A DNA stretch of 64,000 nucleotides, from NCBI GenBank assembly GCA_963714085.1, contig OY970229.1, positions 1,248,001-1,312,000 on the forward strand, given 5' to 3'. This DNA is from an uncultured Candidatus Micrarchaeota archaeon. GTDB lineage: Archaea; Micrarchaeota; Micrarchaeia; Anstonellales; Bilamarchaeaceae. The notes beneath the pieces are model-generated. The model was not told the origin of the DNA. It saw only the letters and a list, made by a program, of their open reading frames with translations, and ran no database searches. The translations under genes and the position numbers were made by a program. Shown here in pieces: positions 48,029 through 56,378 of the stretch; position 1 is the stretch's first letter, and each line of letters opens with the position of its first letter.

Positions 48029-48081
48029 AGTCACACCTGGTAAACCGAACCTTCCAAAGATTATAAACCTTTTCCCATAGA

Positions 48082-48576
48082 ATGCATTCCATGATCCTGC
48101 CGAAACACCATCTCAAATCAGGCGCCTTCGTTGAGAACGTCCATGAAAGCCAGTACCAGCCAGCCGGCATCGACATCACGCTGAAGCAGGCCTGCAGCTT
48201 CGCGTCCGCGGGCAAGATAGATTTCGACAACAGCGAAAGGAAGATAAGCGACACTGTCCCGCTGGAGTACGAGAACGACGAAGTGAGGCTGGCCCCCGGC
48301 GCATACAAGGTCATATTCAACGAGTACGTGAGGATACCGGCGGACGCGGCGGCGCTCTGCCTGCCCCGCTCATCCTTGTTGCGGTGCGGGGCGAGCCTGG
48401 AGTGCGCGGTCTGGGACCCGGGCTACGAGGGGAGGAGCGAGGCGCTGCTCGTCGTGCGCAACGAGCACGGCATAGTCCTCAAGCGCAACGCGAAGATCGG
48501 CCAGATGGTCTTCTTCAGGCTCGCGGACTCGGCGAAAGAGTTATACGAAGGCAGGTACAAAGGCGAGAACAGGTAA
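48082..48576 (+). CDS. dut: Archaeal dUTPase (dCTP deaminase/dUTPase family)
   Basis: QPAGIDITL, PRSSLLR, VWDPGYEGR, IGQMVF, YEGRY. Confidence 0.82.
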   Translation: MHSMILPKHHLKSGAFVENVHESQYQPAGIDITLKQACSFASAGKIDFDNSERKISDTVPLEYENDEVRLAPGAYKVIFNEYVRIPADAAALCLPRSSLLRCGASLECAVWDPGYEGRSEALLVVRNEHGIVLKRNAKIGQMVFFRLADSAKELYEGRYKGENR

Positions 48577-48590
48577 AGGAGGTCGTGCAT

Positions 48591-49223
48591 ATGGCTGAAA
48601 AGAAGACATTGAGGTTCCTTGTCGGGATAGTCACCGGAGACACGGTGTTCGCGGAGTTCGCGCTTTTCCTTAGGATGATGAAGTTTCCGGAGAACTCCCA
48701 GGTCCTGTTCGCTATGAACAAGGCGAGCGGAGTCGACGTTGCGAGGAACATGATAGTCGAGAACGCGCCCTCGGACACGGATTACATACTGTTCCTGAAC
48801 GACGACGTGCTCGTGCCGGCGGATGCCGTGGAGCGGCTGATGGCCCGCGGCAAGGACATAGTGTCCGGCCTGTATTTCAGCACCAGCCCGCCCTTCTACC
48901 CGCACATCTACAAGTCCGACGGCAAGGGCAGGTACGACAACGTGTCCGACTATGAGAAGAACTCGCTCGTGGAGGTGGACGCGGTCCGGGCCGGGGCGCT
49001 CCTTGTCAAGAAGAAGGTGTTCGACAAGATGGGCGCGCCGTTCTTCCAGCACGCGGTCCAGAAGAACGACCTGACCGAGGACTTCTTCTTCTGCCGCAAG
49101 GCCAAGGAGGCCGGGTTCAAGGTGTTCTGCGACACGTCGCTCGTCTGCAGCCACGTGGGCGTCAGCATGGTGAACGAGAACGCTTGGGAGAGCATGAAGG
49201 ACCAGGCCAAGAGGAAGGGCTAG
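48591..49223 (+). CDS. Glycosyltransferase family 2-like protein
   Basis: ARNMIV, YILFLNDD, DIVSGLY, TEDFFFC; GGAGG RBS. Confidence 0.8.
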   Translation: MAEKKTLRFLVGIVTGDTVFAEFALFLRMMKFPENSQVLFAMNKASGVDVARNMIVENAPSDTDYILFLNDDVLVPADAVERLMARGKDIVSGLYFSTSPPFYPHIYKSDGKGRYDNVSDYEKNSLVEVDAVRAGALLVKKKVFDKMGAPFFQHAVQKNDLTEDFFFCRKAKEAGFKVFCDTSLVCSHVGVSMVNENAWESMKDQAKRKG

Positions 49224-50521
49224 CCCAGGAACCTGTCCAAGACGGATTCTATATCTTTATTCTTCTTCATCTCATATCCTATGTGGACTATCGGTATCCT
49301 CGCCTTCAGCACCCTCCTTATGTCGGTCGGAGTCCCGGACACGACCAGCTCGGCGTTCGAGCGGTTGATGGTCTCCTGCAAATCCCTTATCTCTTTTTCG
49401 GAATAGCCGACCGCCGGAAGGACCTTTCTCAAATGCGGGTATTGCACGAACGCCTCTTTTATCATGCCCACCGCGAACCTGCCGGGCTCCAGTACAATCG
49501 CGCCGTGCGACACCGCATACTCATAGCCGGCTCCGTACGCCATGCCCCCGTGCGTCACGGTCGGGCCGTCCTCTATGACGATGACGCGCCTGCCTCTCAG
49601 GTCCGTATTCCCCTCTTCGGTAAGCACCATGTCGCTCTCGATCACTTTCGCCTTGGGATTGACCTCCTTGGCATGCGCGGCCACGAGTTTCGCACCCGCT
49701 CTGTTCGCTGATGCCTTGCTTATCACTATCACGTCCGCCATGCGGAAATTGGCCTCGCCCGGATGATACAGCAGCTCATGGCCAGGCCGCAGCGCGTCAG
49801 CGACCACGAACGAGAGATCAGGTTTGAAGAACGGCAGGTCGTTGTTGCCTCCGTCCCAGACTATCACGTCAGCCTCCTTCTCCGCCTGCCGTAGTATCTT
49901 CTCGTAATCGACCCCTGAGAATACCACGGTGCCGTTCCTGATGTGCGGCTCGTAGTCCTCGCGCTCCTCTATCGTGCACCTGTTCTTGTCCAAATCATCG
50001 AGCGTCGCGAACCTCTGCACAGCCTCCTTCCTCAGATTCCCGTATGGCATCGGGTGACGCACGAAGACGAACCTTATTTTTTTCCGCTTCAGGATGCCGC
50101 TTATCTCGCGGCTTAAAGGGCTCTTGCCGGCTCCGGTGCGCACCGCGCAGACCGAAATGATCTTCTTTTTGCTTTTCAGCATCGTGTCCTTGGGGCCGAG
50201 AAGCGTGAAGCTCGCGCCTGATGCCAATGCGCGGCTCGCCAGATGCATTACGCGCTCGTGCGTGACGTCTGAATAGGCGAACACGACCTCGTCCACACCG
50301 AACCTCTTTATCAGCATCTCCATGTCCTTCTCCTCGAATATGGGTATGCCTTTGGGATACATTTTTCCAGCCAACTCAGCAGGATACCTCCTTCCGGCTA
50401 TGTCCGGTATCTGGGCCGCAGTGAAGCCGACGACCTTGTACGCGGGGTTGTCCCTGTAGACCGTGTTGAAGTCATGGAAATCCCGGCCCGCTGCCCCAAG
50501 CACCAGCACATTGCGTGTCAT
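49220..50521 (-). CDS. arcE: cDPG-synthetase-like P-loop enzyme, probable arginine synthetase
   Basis: GAAGRDFH, AVRTGAGKS, RHPMPYG, TIEEREDYEPH, WDGGNND, EDGPT.THGGM; divergent from carbamate kinase. Confidence 0.78.
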   Translation of the reverse strand: MTRNVLVLGAAGRDFHDFNTVYRDNPAYKVVGFTAAQIPDIAGRRYPAELAGKMYPKGIPIFEEKDMEMLIKRFGVDEVVFAYSDVTHERVMHLASRALASGASFTLLGPKDTMLKSKKKIISVCAVRTGAGKSPLSREISGILKRKKIRFVFVRHPMPYGNLRKEAVQRFATLDDLDKNRCTIEEREDYEPHIRNGTVVFSGVDYEKILRQAEKEADVIVWDGGNNDLPFFKPDLSFVVADALRPGHELLYHPGEANFRMADVIVISKASANRAGAKLVAAHAKEVNPKAKVIESDMVLTEEGNTDLRGRRVIVIEDGPTVTHGGMAYGAGYEYAVSHGAIVLEPGRFAVGMIKEAFVQYPHLRKVLPAVGYSEKEIRDLQETINRSNAELVVSGTPTDIRRVLKARIPIVHIGYEMKKNKDIESVLDRFLG

Positions 50522-50572
50522 GGGAAAATGCTCCCATGAAACACTTATAATCCTATACTGGTTACTCCATCC

Positions 50573-51550
50573 ATGGCACGAGTGGTCATAGCGCTGGGCG
50601 GCAATGCGCTTCTCGCCAAGAACAGCAAGGGGACTGCAAAGGAGCAGCTCGAGGAGGCGAAGGTCGCAGTGCTCTACCTGGAGAAGGTGATTGAGGACAA
50701 CCAGGTCGTGATAACACATGGCAACGGCCCGCAGGTCGGCAACCTCCTCCTGCAGCAGCACGCGACCAAGGAGGTCCCGGAGATGCCCCTGGACGTGCTC
50801 GACGCCATGACACAGGGCCAGATAGGCTATTTCATAGCTAGCGCGATATCCCTCACAGGCATGCATTCGGCTACCATGGTGACGCGCGTGGTCGTCGACC
50901 CCCAGGACCCGGCTTTCGAAGACCCGACCAAGCCGGTCGGCCCCTTCTACGCCGAGAGGCCACTTACCAGCGGCAGAAGCACGCATTATTCGATGGATTC
51001 GGGCCGCGGTTATCGGCTCGTGGTCCCGTCCCCAGAGCCCATAAAAATCCGCGAGCACGATGCGATAGACGCGCTCCTGGAACGGGGGTTCGTGGTCATC
51101 GCAGTTGGCGGAGGGGGGATCCCGATAAACGAGAGCGGGGAAGGCCTGGAAGCCGTGATAGACAAGGACAGGGCCGCATCGCTGCTCGCGAACCAGATAA
51201 ACGCGGACATGCTGGTGTTCGTGACGTCCGTGAACTCCGCATATCTGAACTTCGGGAAAAAGAACCAGAAGCGCATCGCATGCATGACCAGCTCCGAGGC
51301 CAAAAGATACATGGAGGACGACCAGTTCGCGGAAGGCAGCATGAAGCCCAAGATAGAGTCGGCGATCCGGTTCCTCGACTCCGGGGGCAAGCGCGCGGTG
51401 GTATGCTCCATCTCCAACTGCGAGAAGGCGGTGAAGGGCAAGGCCGGCACGACCATACTCCCGGGCCCGGCGTTGTTGAAGATGAAGGCGGTATCGACCG
51501 GCAAGAAGCCGTACGTCGCCGAGGCGCAGGCCCTCCGGGCCACGCATTGA
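50573..51550 (+). CDS. arcC: Carbamate kinase
   Basis: ALGGNAL, THGNGPQVG, PTKPVGPFY, VVPSPEP, GGGGIP, EAVIDKD, GSMKPK. Confidence 0.95.
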   Translation: MARVVIALGGNALLAKNSKGTAKEQLEEAKVAVLYLEKVIEDNQVVITHGNGPQVGNLLLQQHATKEVPEMPLDVLDAMTQGQIGYFIASAISLTGMHSATMVTRVVVDPQDPAFEDPTKPVGPFYAERPLTSGRSTHYSMDSGRGYRLVVPSPEPIKIREHDAIDALLERGFVVIAVGGGGIPINESGEGLEAVIDKDRAASLLANQINADMLVFVTSVNSAYLNFGKKNQKRIACMTSSEAKRYMEDDQFAEGSMKPKIESAIRFLDSGGKRAVVCSISNCEKAVKGKAGTTILPGPALLKMKAVSTGKKPYVAEAQALRATH

Positions 51551-51559
51551 TCGGAGTGC

Positions 51560-52522
51560 ATGAGCATGGACAAGGTCGTCGAAGCGGAGAACATCGTCAA
51601 GGTCTATCCCGGCAAGGTCACGCTCTACAATTTCACGCTCACGATAAGCAAGGGGGACGTCATGGGCCTGCTCGGCCCGAACGGGGCCGGCAAAAGCACC
51701 TTCATAAGGATAATGACCGGAGCCGAGATGCCTGATTCAGGCAGGATACTGCTCTTCGGCAAGCCGCTTTCAGGCAGTTCCGCCCGGAGGATCGGGGTCG
51801 CGCCCCAGGACAACTGCGTGTATTCCCTGCTCACATGCATGGAGAACCTGCTCTATTTCGGTTCGCTCTACGGCGTATCCGGGAAAACCGCGTGGAAAAG
51901 GGCGGCGAAGCTGCTCTCGGACCTCGAGCTCAGCGACAAGACCAACGCCCAGGCAGGATTGCTGAGCGGGGGCATGAAGCGCAGGCTCAACCTCGCATGC
52001 GCCCTGATGCACGAGCCGGAACTCATAATCTTGGACGAGCCCACTACCGGGCTGGACCCCTCCAGCAGGAGGAAGATGTGGGACCTGGTGCGGCGCATCG
52101 TGAAGCAGAAGGGCGCCACGATCCTGCTCACCACGCATTACATGGAGGAGGCCGAGTCCCTCTGCGGAAAGGTCGCGTTCGTCAACGACGGCAAGGTCGT
52201 GGCGCAAGGCAGCCCGGACGAGCTTCGCAAGCTCGCTGGCAGGGAGATAGCCAAACTCATGAGCATACCCGGGGACTACGCCGGGTTGGAGCCGATGATC
52301 AAGGGCATCAAGGGCGTGCGCAACACGACGATAACCGAGCACGGAATGTTCGTGGAGGCCGCCGACGTCTCGGGCATAGTCGGCGAGATGTCCGACATAT
52401 TCGCGAAAAAGGGCGAGAAGATAGTGGAGCTGTCGGTTTCCAAGCCGTCGCTGGAGGACGTATTCCTCAAGCTCACCGGCGCCCAGCTCAAGGAGGCTGT
52501 GAAAATTGGACCTAAGAAGTGA
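51560..52522 (+). CDS. ABC transporter ATP-binding protein
   Basis: GPNGAGKST, LSGGMKRR, LDEPTTGLDP. Confidence 0.95.
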   Translation: MSMDKVVEAENIVKVYPGKVTLYNFTLTISKGDVMGLLGPNGAGKSTFIRIMTGAEMPDSGRILLFGKPLSGSSARRIGVAPQDNCVYSLLTCMENLLYFGSLYGVSGKTAWKRAAKLLSDLELSDKTNAQAGLLSGGMKRRLNLACALMHEPELIILDEPTTGLDPSSRRKMWDLVRRIVKQKGATILLTTHYMEEAESLCGKVAFVNDGKVVAQGSPDELRKLAGREIAKLMSIPGDYAGLEPMIKGIKGVRNTTITEHGMFVEAADVSGIVGEMSDIFAKKGEKIVELSVSKPSLEDVFLKLTGAQLKEAVKIGPKK

Positions 52523-54353
52523 GATAAGCAAGGACGGCAGGCAGTTCTTCCGCGAAGGGAGGACGCTGCTGCTGCTATTCGCGGTCCCACTGCTCGTGCT
52601 GCTCGTGCTAGGGGGCGTGTTCGGCAACACGGCCGCCCAGACCACCGGCATAAGCATCGGCCTCTGCGACCTGGACAACAGCACGATGTCGCACCTTTTC
52701 GTGTCCAGCATATCGAACAGCACGAACATCGTCGATTACAGCAACGACAGCAACTGCAACGCCACGGTCTACGGCCAGGTCACCCAGGGTCGGCTGCCTG
52801 CGGCCATAGTGATACCCAGCGGCTTCGAGTCCCAGATCGAGGCCGGCCAGTCCCAGAACCTGACCGTGTACATAGACAACTCAAGGGTCCAGATCGCGCC
52901 CTCCATAGAGGCGTTCCTCAAGGCAGCGGTGCAGCAGGCCGGGCAGGAGATCGGCACCCAGTTCATCCTGAGCGTCTGGGGCCAGCTGGACAACGCCTCT
53001 GCCCAGCTCAGCGGGCTCCAGGCCCAGGTGAACGGCAGCCGGACGGACGCGCTGGACATGGAGCAGAGGCTCCAGGGCACCGAGGACTCGCTCAATGCCA
53101 TAAACTTCAGCGTCATGAGCGACCAGATCTCGGCTGCGAACGCCACGATCGGCTATGCGCGCGATTCCATGGAGACCGCCCGGTCCAACCTCACGCAGAC
53201 ACAGTCCAACTTCGCGGGATACGAGGACGAGCTCAATCAGACCGAGGCCGACCTGCTGCAGATAAACGCCACGCTGGGCAATGCGACAGCTTACATAAAT
53301 TCCGCCCAGAGCGGGATCAACTGCTCGAACGTGCTTTTCCTGGCTTACTGCGTGTCCCTGGATTCGCTCAACTCCACCATCGGGTCGGCAAGCGCCTCGG
53401 TCAACGACCGCATAACCAAGATAGAGGCCGCCAAAGCGGGCCTGGCCCAGGCCAATGCGACCATAATCCAGTTCGACTCCAGCATCGATTCCGCGCTGAA
53501 CAGGACGCAGGACGCCGAGGCGAGGCTGGCGGAGATGGACAGCTTCATGGACCAGCTGAAGAGCAACCAGGCGGACGCCCTGTCAACCATAGACGAGGTC
53601 ATGTCCTCGCTAAACGAGACGGTGAACAAGAGCTACCAGCTCGAGGCCATAATAAACCAGAGCACGAGCCAGATAAACGGCATCACGTCGCGCGACCCGC
53701 AATCCGTCATAGCGCCCATGCTGCTCTCATCGGACGCGCTCTTCGGCCAGCGCACGTTCTTCGACTTCCTGCTTCCGAGCCTGCTGCCCATGATACTGAT
53801 GTTCGTCGCCCTGTTCCTCTCGTCCACGTCGCTCGTGCGGGAGAAGAACAGCGGGACGCTGGCCAGGGTGCAGCTCTCCCAGGTCAACCCCTTCGAATAC
53901 TGCGTTGTCAAGGTCATAAGCTACACCGTGGTCCTCATACCAGAGGCCATAATGCTTACCATCATCGCCTCCGTGGTCTACGGCAGCTTCTCGGTCCTGG
54001 ATTTCGGGACCTGGATCTTCGTGTTCGAGACCCTTGCCCTGCTCCTGCTCTCCTTCGTCTCCATAGGACTGGTGATCGCCCTGTATTCCGAATCCGAGGC
54101 CACCGCGTTCCTGGCGTCGCTGGTGGTCGGCCTTCCACTGCTGTTCCTCAGCGGCCTGCCGTTCCCGTTCGAGTTCATGCCCTCGTCCATAGCCATGGTG
54201 GGCCAGGCGTCGCCCCTGACGCAGGCGGTGTCCAGCATGCAGTCCGTGATGCTCTACCATTCTCCCCAGGCCGTGGGCTTCGGCATACTCATACTATACG
54301 CGCTGGTCTTCACGATCGTCGCCGCGCTTTCCATGAGAAGGAGCAGGTTCTAG
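52506..54353 (+). CDS. ABC-2 type permease with long coiled-coil extracellular region
   Basis: N-terminal TM, heptad-like segment rich in NxS/T sequons, REKNSGTL, C-terminal TMs. Confidence 0.88.
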   Translation: MDLRSEISKDGRQFFREGRTLLLLFAVPLLVLLVLGGVFGNTAAQTTGISIGLCDLDNSTMSHLFVSSISNSTNIVDYSNDSNCNATVYGQVTQGRLPAAIVIPSGFESQIEAGQSQNLTVYIDNSRVQIAPSIEAFLKAAVQQAGQEIGTQFILSVWGQLDNASAQLSGLQAQVNGSRTDALDMEQRLQGTEDSLNAINFSVMSDQISAANATIGYARDSMETARSNLTQTQSNFAGYEDELNQTEADLLQINATLGNATAYINSAQSGINCSNVLFLAYCVSLDSLNSTIGSASASVNDRITKIEAAKAGLAQANATIIQFDSSIDSALNRTQDAEARLAEMDSFMDQLKSNQADALSTIDEVMSSLNETVNKSYQLEAIINQSTSQINGITSRDPQSVIAPMLLSSDALFGQRTFFDFLLPSLLPMILMFVALFLSSTSLVREKNSGTLARVQLSQVNPFEYCVVKVISYTVVLIPEAIMLTIIASVVYGSFSVLDFGTWIFVFETLALLLLSFVSIGLVIALYSESEATAFLASLVVGLPLLFLSGLPFPFEFMPSSIAMVGQASPLTQAVSSMQSVMLYHSPQAVGFGILILYALVFTIVAALSMRRSRF

Positions 54354-54431
54354 CGCGTCGCTGGCAGATAGATATAAAAGCACGTCGGTCCACAGATGAA
54401 CTTGTCTATACATCAGAGTAAGGTGTAACCC

Positions 54432-55025
54432 ATGACAATGAAAAATAAAACCGTTCAGCCCAGATTAGGACATATCTCTTCGGCAAGAAAGGCGTTCTTG
54501 GCAGCCGCGCTCGGCTTCCAGGTGCTTACAAGCTCTATCGGAACCAACCCGGACAGGTTTCTCGGCACCGCCACGGCGGCGGCCAAGACCGACGCGGGTG
54601 CGCCGAAGGACAAAGCGCAGGCTCCGAGGAACGAAAAAGACCAACTTAACAGGGACCTCCTGGAAGCAGTCGGTAACGGCGATAAACTGGCCGTGGAAAA
54701 GCTCCTCGGCCAGGGCGCGGATCCCAATGCGAAGGACGGCAACGGCAAGTCGCTGCTGGCATTGGCCGTCATCGACGACCATAACGAAATCGCCAGGGCG
54801 CTCCTGAAGAAAGGAGCGGACGTGAACGCCGCTGATGCCAAGGGCAAGACGCCGCTGATGGAAGCCGTCATCGAGGGGCATCTCGGAGCCGTAAGGCTTC
54901 TACTTGACAATGGTGCTGCCGTGGACGCGGTGGACAATAACAAGATGACGGCGCTGTCCCACGCCAATCAGAACGGCCGTGGCGAGATCGCGAAAGCGCT
55001 CGAAGCGAAAGGGGCCAAGGCTTGA
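54432..55025 (+). CDS. Ankyrin repeat protein with N-terminal leader
   Basis: GADPNAKD.GKS.L, GADVNAAD.GKTPL, GAAVDAVD..MTAL. Confidence 0.88.
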   Translation: MTMKNKTVQPRLGHISSARKAFLAAALGFQVLTSSIGTNPDRFLGTATAAAKTDAGAPKDKAQAPRNEKDQLNRDLLEAVGNGDKLAVEKLLGQGADPNAKDGNGKSLLALAVIDDHNEIARALLKKGADVNAADAKGKTPLMEAVIEGHLGAVRLLLDNGAAVDAVDNNKMTALSHANQNGRGEIAKALEAKGAKA

Positions 55026-55048
55026 AGGCGGACGCGCGTCCCTTTTTG

Positions 55049-55666
55049 CTACTGAAGCTTGTATTTCTTTTCCGCCTCTTTTATCATCGCTTCCTGTTCT
55101 TCCGGCGACACCCGGCCAGGCGAAGGCACCCATATGAACTCCATCGGGACACCCAGGAAATCGGCTATCTGCTGGGCGGATTTTTTCTCCTGCTCGGTCG
55201 AAGTCGTGGAGGTGCTGGTTATGCGCCCTTCCGGTGACCTGCTGACAGCTACTATGTTGACTGGTTCATAGGCAAGCTTGAAAGGCACTTCTTCTCCGCT
55301 GTCCATAACGAAATTGACTGTGTAATCAAGGTATCGACTATTGCCGGAGAGCATGGCTTCGCTTAAGGTGAGCTTCCTGATTCTGCTCAGGAAAAACGCA
55401 TTTGTTTTGCCACCTATCAGCCCGAGCAGCGCAACGCTTCCCTCGTCGCTATCCTTATCCAGGATTACTGTGAGCATCTTGTTGGAAGCGATCATCCAAA
55501 TGCCGGCCAAGCCGAGTACGATGAAGAATCCCCCGGCAATCGGATTGCTCGACAACGAGAATGCGCTGTACACTCCGAGAATGATAAATACGGCTCCTAA
55601 GAAATATGCGCCGTAATTATGGTCCTTCAGCACCATCTTCGAAGGACTCTCAAGAGTGATTTTCAT
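55049..55666 (-). CDS. Two-TM membrane protein, paralogue 1
   Basis: MKITLESPSKMVL..FVMDSGE..IADFLGVPME shared with the next gene. Confidence 0.75.
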   Translation of the reverse strand: MKITLESPSKMVLKDHNYGAYFLGAVFIILGVYSAFSLSSNPIAGGFFIVLGLAGIWMIASNKMLTVILDKDSDEGSVALLGLIGGKTNAFFLSRIRKLTLSEAMLSGNSRYLDYTVNFVMDSGEEVPFKLAYEPVNIVAVSRSPEGRITSTSTTSTEQEKKSAQQIADFLGVPMEFIWVPSPGRVSPEEQEAMIKEAEKKYKLQ

Positions 55667-55703
55667 GCGTATTCTTCTTTCGCAAGGATTTAATCTCAAT
55701 AGG

Positions 55704-55768
55704 CTATCCCTTCACTACCCCTATCGGCCTCAGTTTCGCCACTACGTCGCTTATTCCGGCGTCAGCCA
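55704..55768 (-). repeat. Diverged duplicate of the rtcB 3' end
   Basis: Encodes ADAGISDVVAKLRPIGVVKG* versus ADAGISDIVARLRPIGVVKG* at 56379-56443. Confidence 0.85.
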
Positions 55769-55810
55769 TATGCTCCCACGGACTCTTGAACATCTTTTCC
55801 GCCCGTTTTT

Positions 55811-56356
55811 TTATATGGTAGCTGCCATCTTGTGATTGGTGCTCGGCCCGGTCGCTTCCATCGGGACGCCGAGGAAATCCGCTATCCGCTGCACGAATTC
55901 TTCTTCTTTATCCGGCCCTGCCACGGGCTTGGCCGTGGCGGCATAGACGTTGGTGAGCTTGAAATGCACGGCCTCGCCGCTGTCCATGACGAATTCTACG
56001 ACCGGGTGGCTGCCGGTATGCCTTTCGGCCATGACGGGCCTATCGAGGACTAGCTTTCTGATCCGGGCCAGGTCTATGTCGTCCGATTCGCTCCCGAGCA
56101 TCCCGTGCAGCGCGATGCTCCCCTTGCCGGTGGACTTGTCAAGGATTATCGCTGCTGTCTGGTTGGAAAGCACCATCCATACCCCCAATAAGGCCAGTAT
56201 CGCACCTACCAGCCCGATGACCACGGGAAGCGATCCGCCGATCGCCAGAAGCACGAGCCACGCGCCCAGCATGAAGCACATTGCGCCCCAGAAGTATGTC
56301 ATGTAGTTATTGTCGGTCAGCACCATCCTGGAGGGGTTCTCAAGAGCGATCTTCAT
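55811..56356 (-). CDS. Two-TM membrane protein, paralogue 2
   Basis: MKIALENPSRMVL..FVMDSGE..IADFLGVPME. Confidence 0.75.
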   Translation of the reverse strand: MKIALENPSRMVLTDNNYMTYFWGAMCFMLGAWLVLLAIGGSLPVVIGLVGAILALLGVWMVLSNQTAAIILDKSTGKGSIALHGMLGSESDDIDLARIRKLVLDRPVMAERHTGSHPVVEFVMDSGEAVHFKLTNVYAATAKPVAGPDKEEEFVQRIADFLGVPMEATGPSTNHKMAATI

Positions 56357-56378
56357 GCTTATCACTCAAGGATTTGAC

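Noticed and set aside
45825..48080. Long plus-strand ORFs over the aminotransferase and ALDH genes, and similar long antisense ORFs elsewhere in the backbone
   Set aside because: Expected artefacts of GC3-rich codon usage opposite well-supported genes
50522..51547. N-terminal extension of the 775-aa ORF 49220..51547
   Set aside because: Antisense shadow of carbamate kinase; the real start is at 50521
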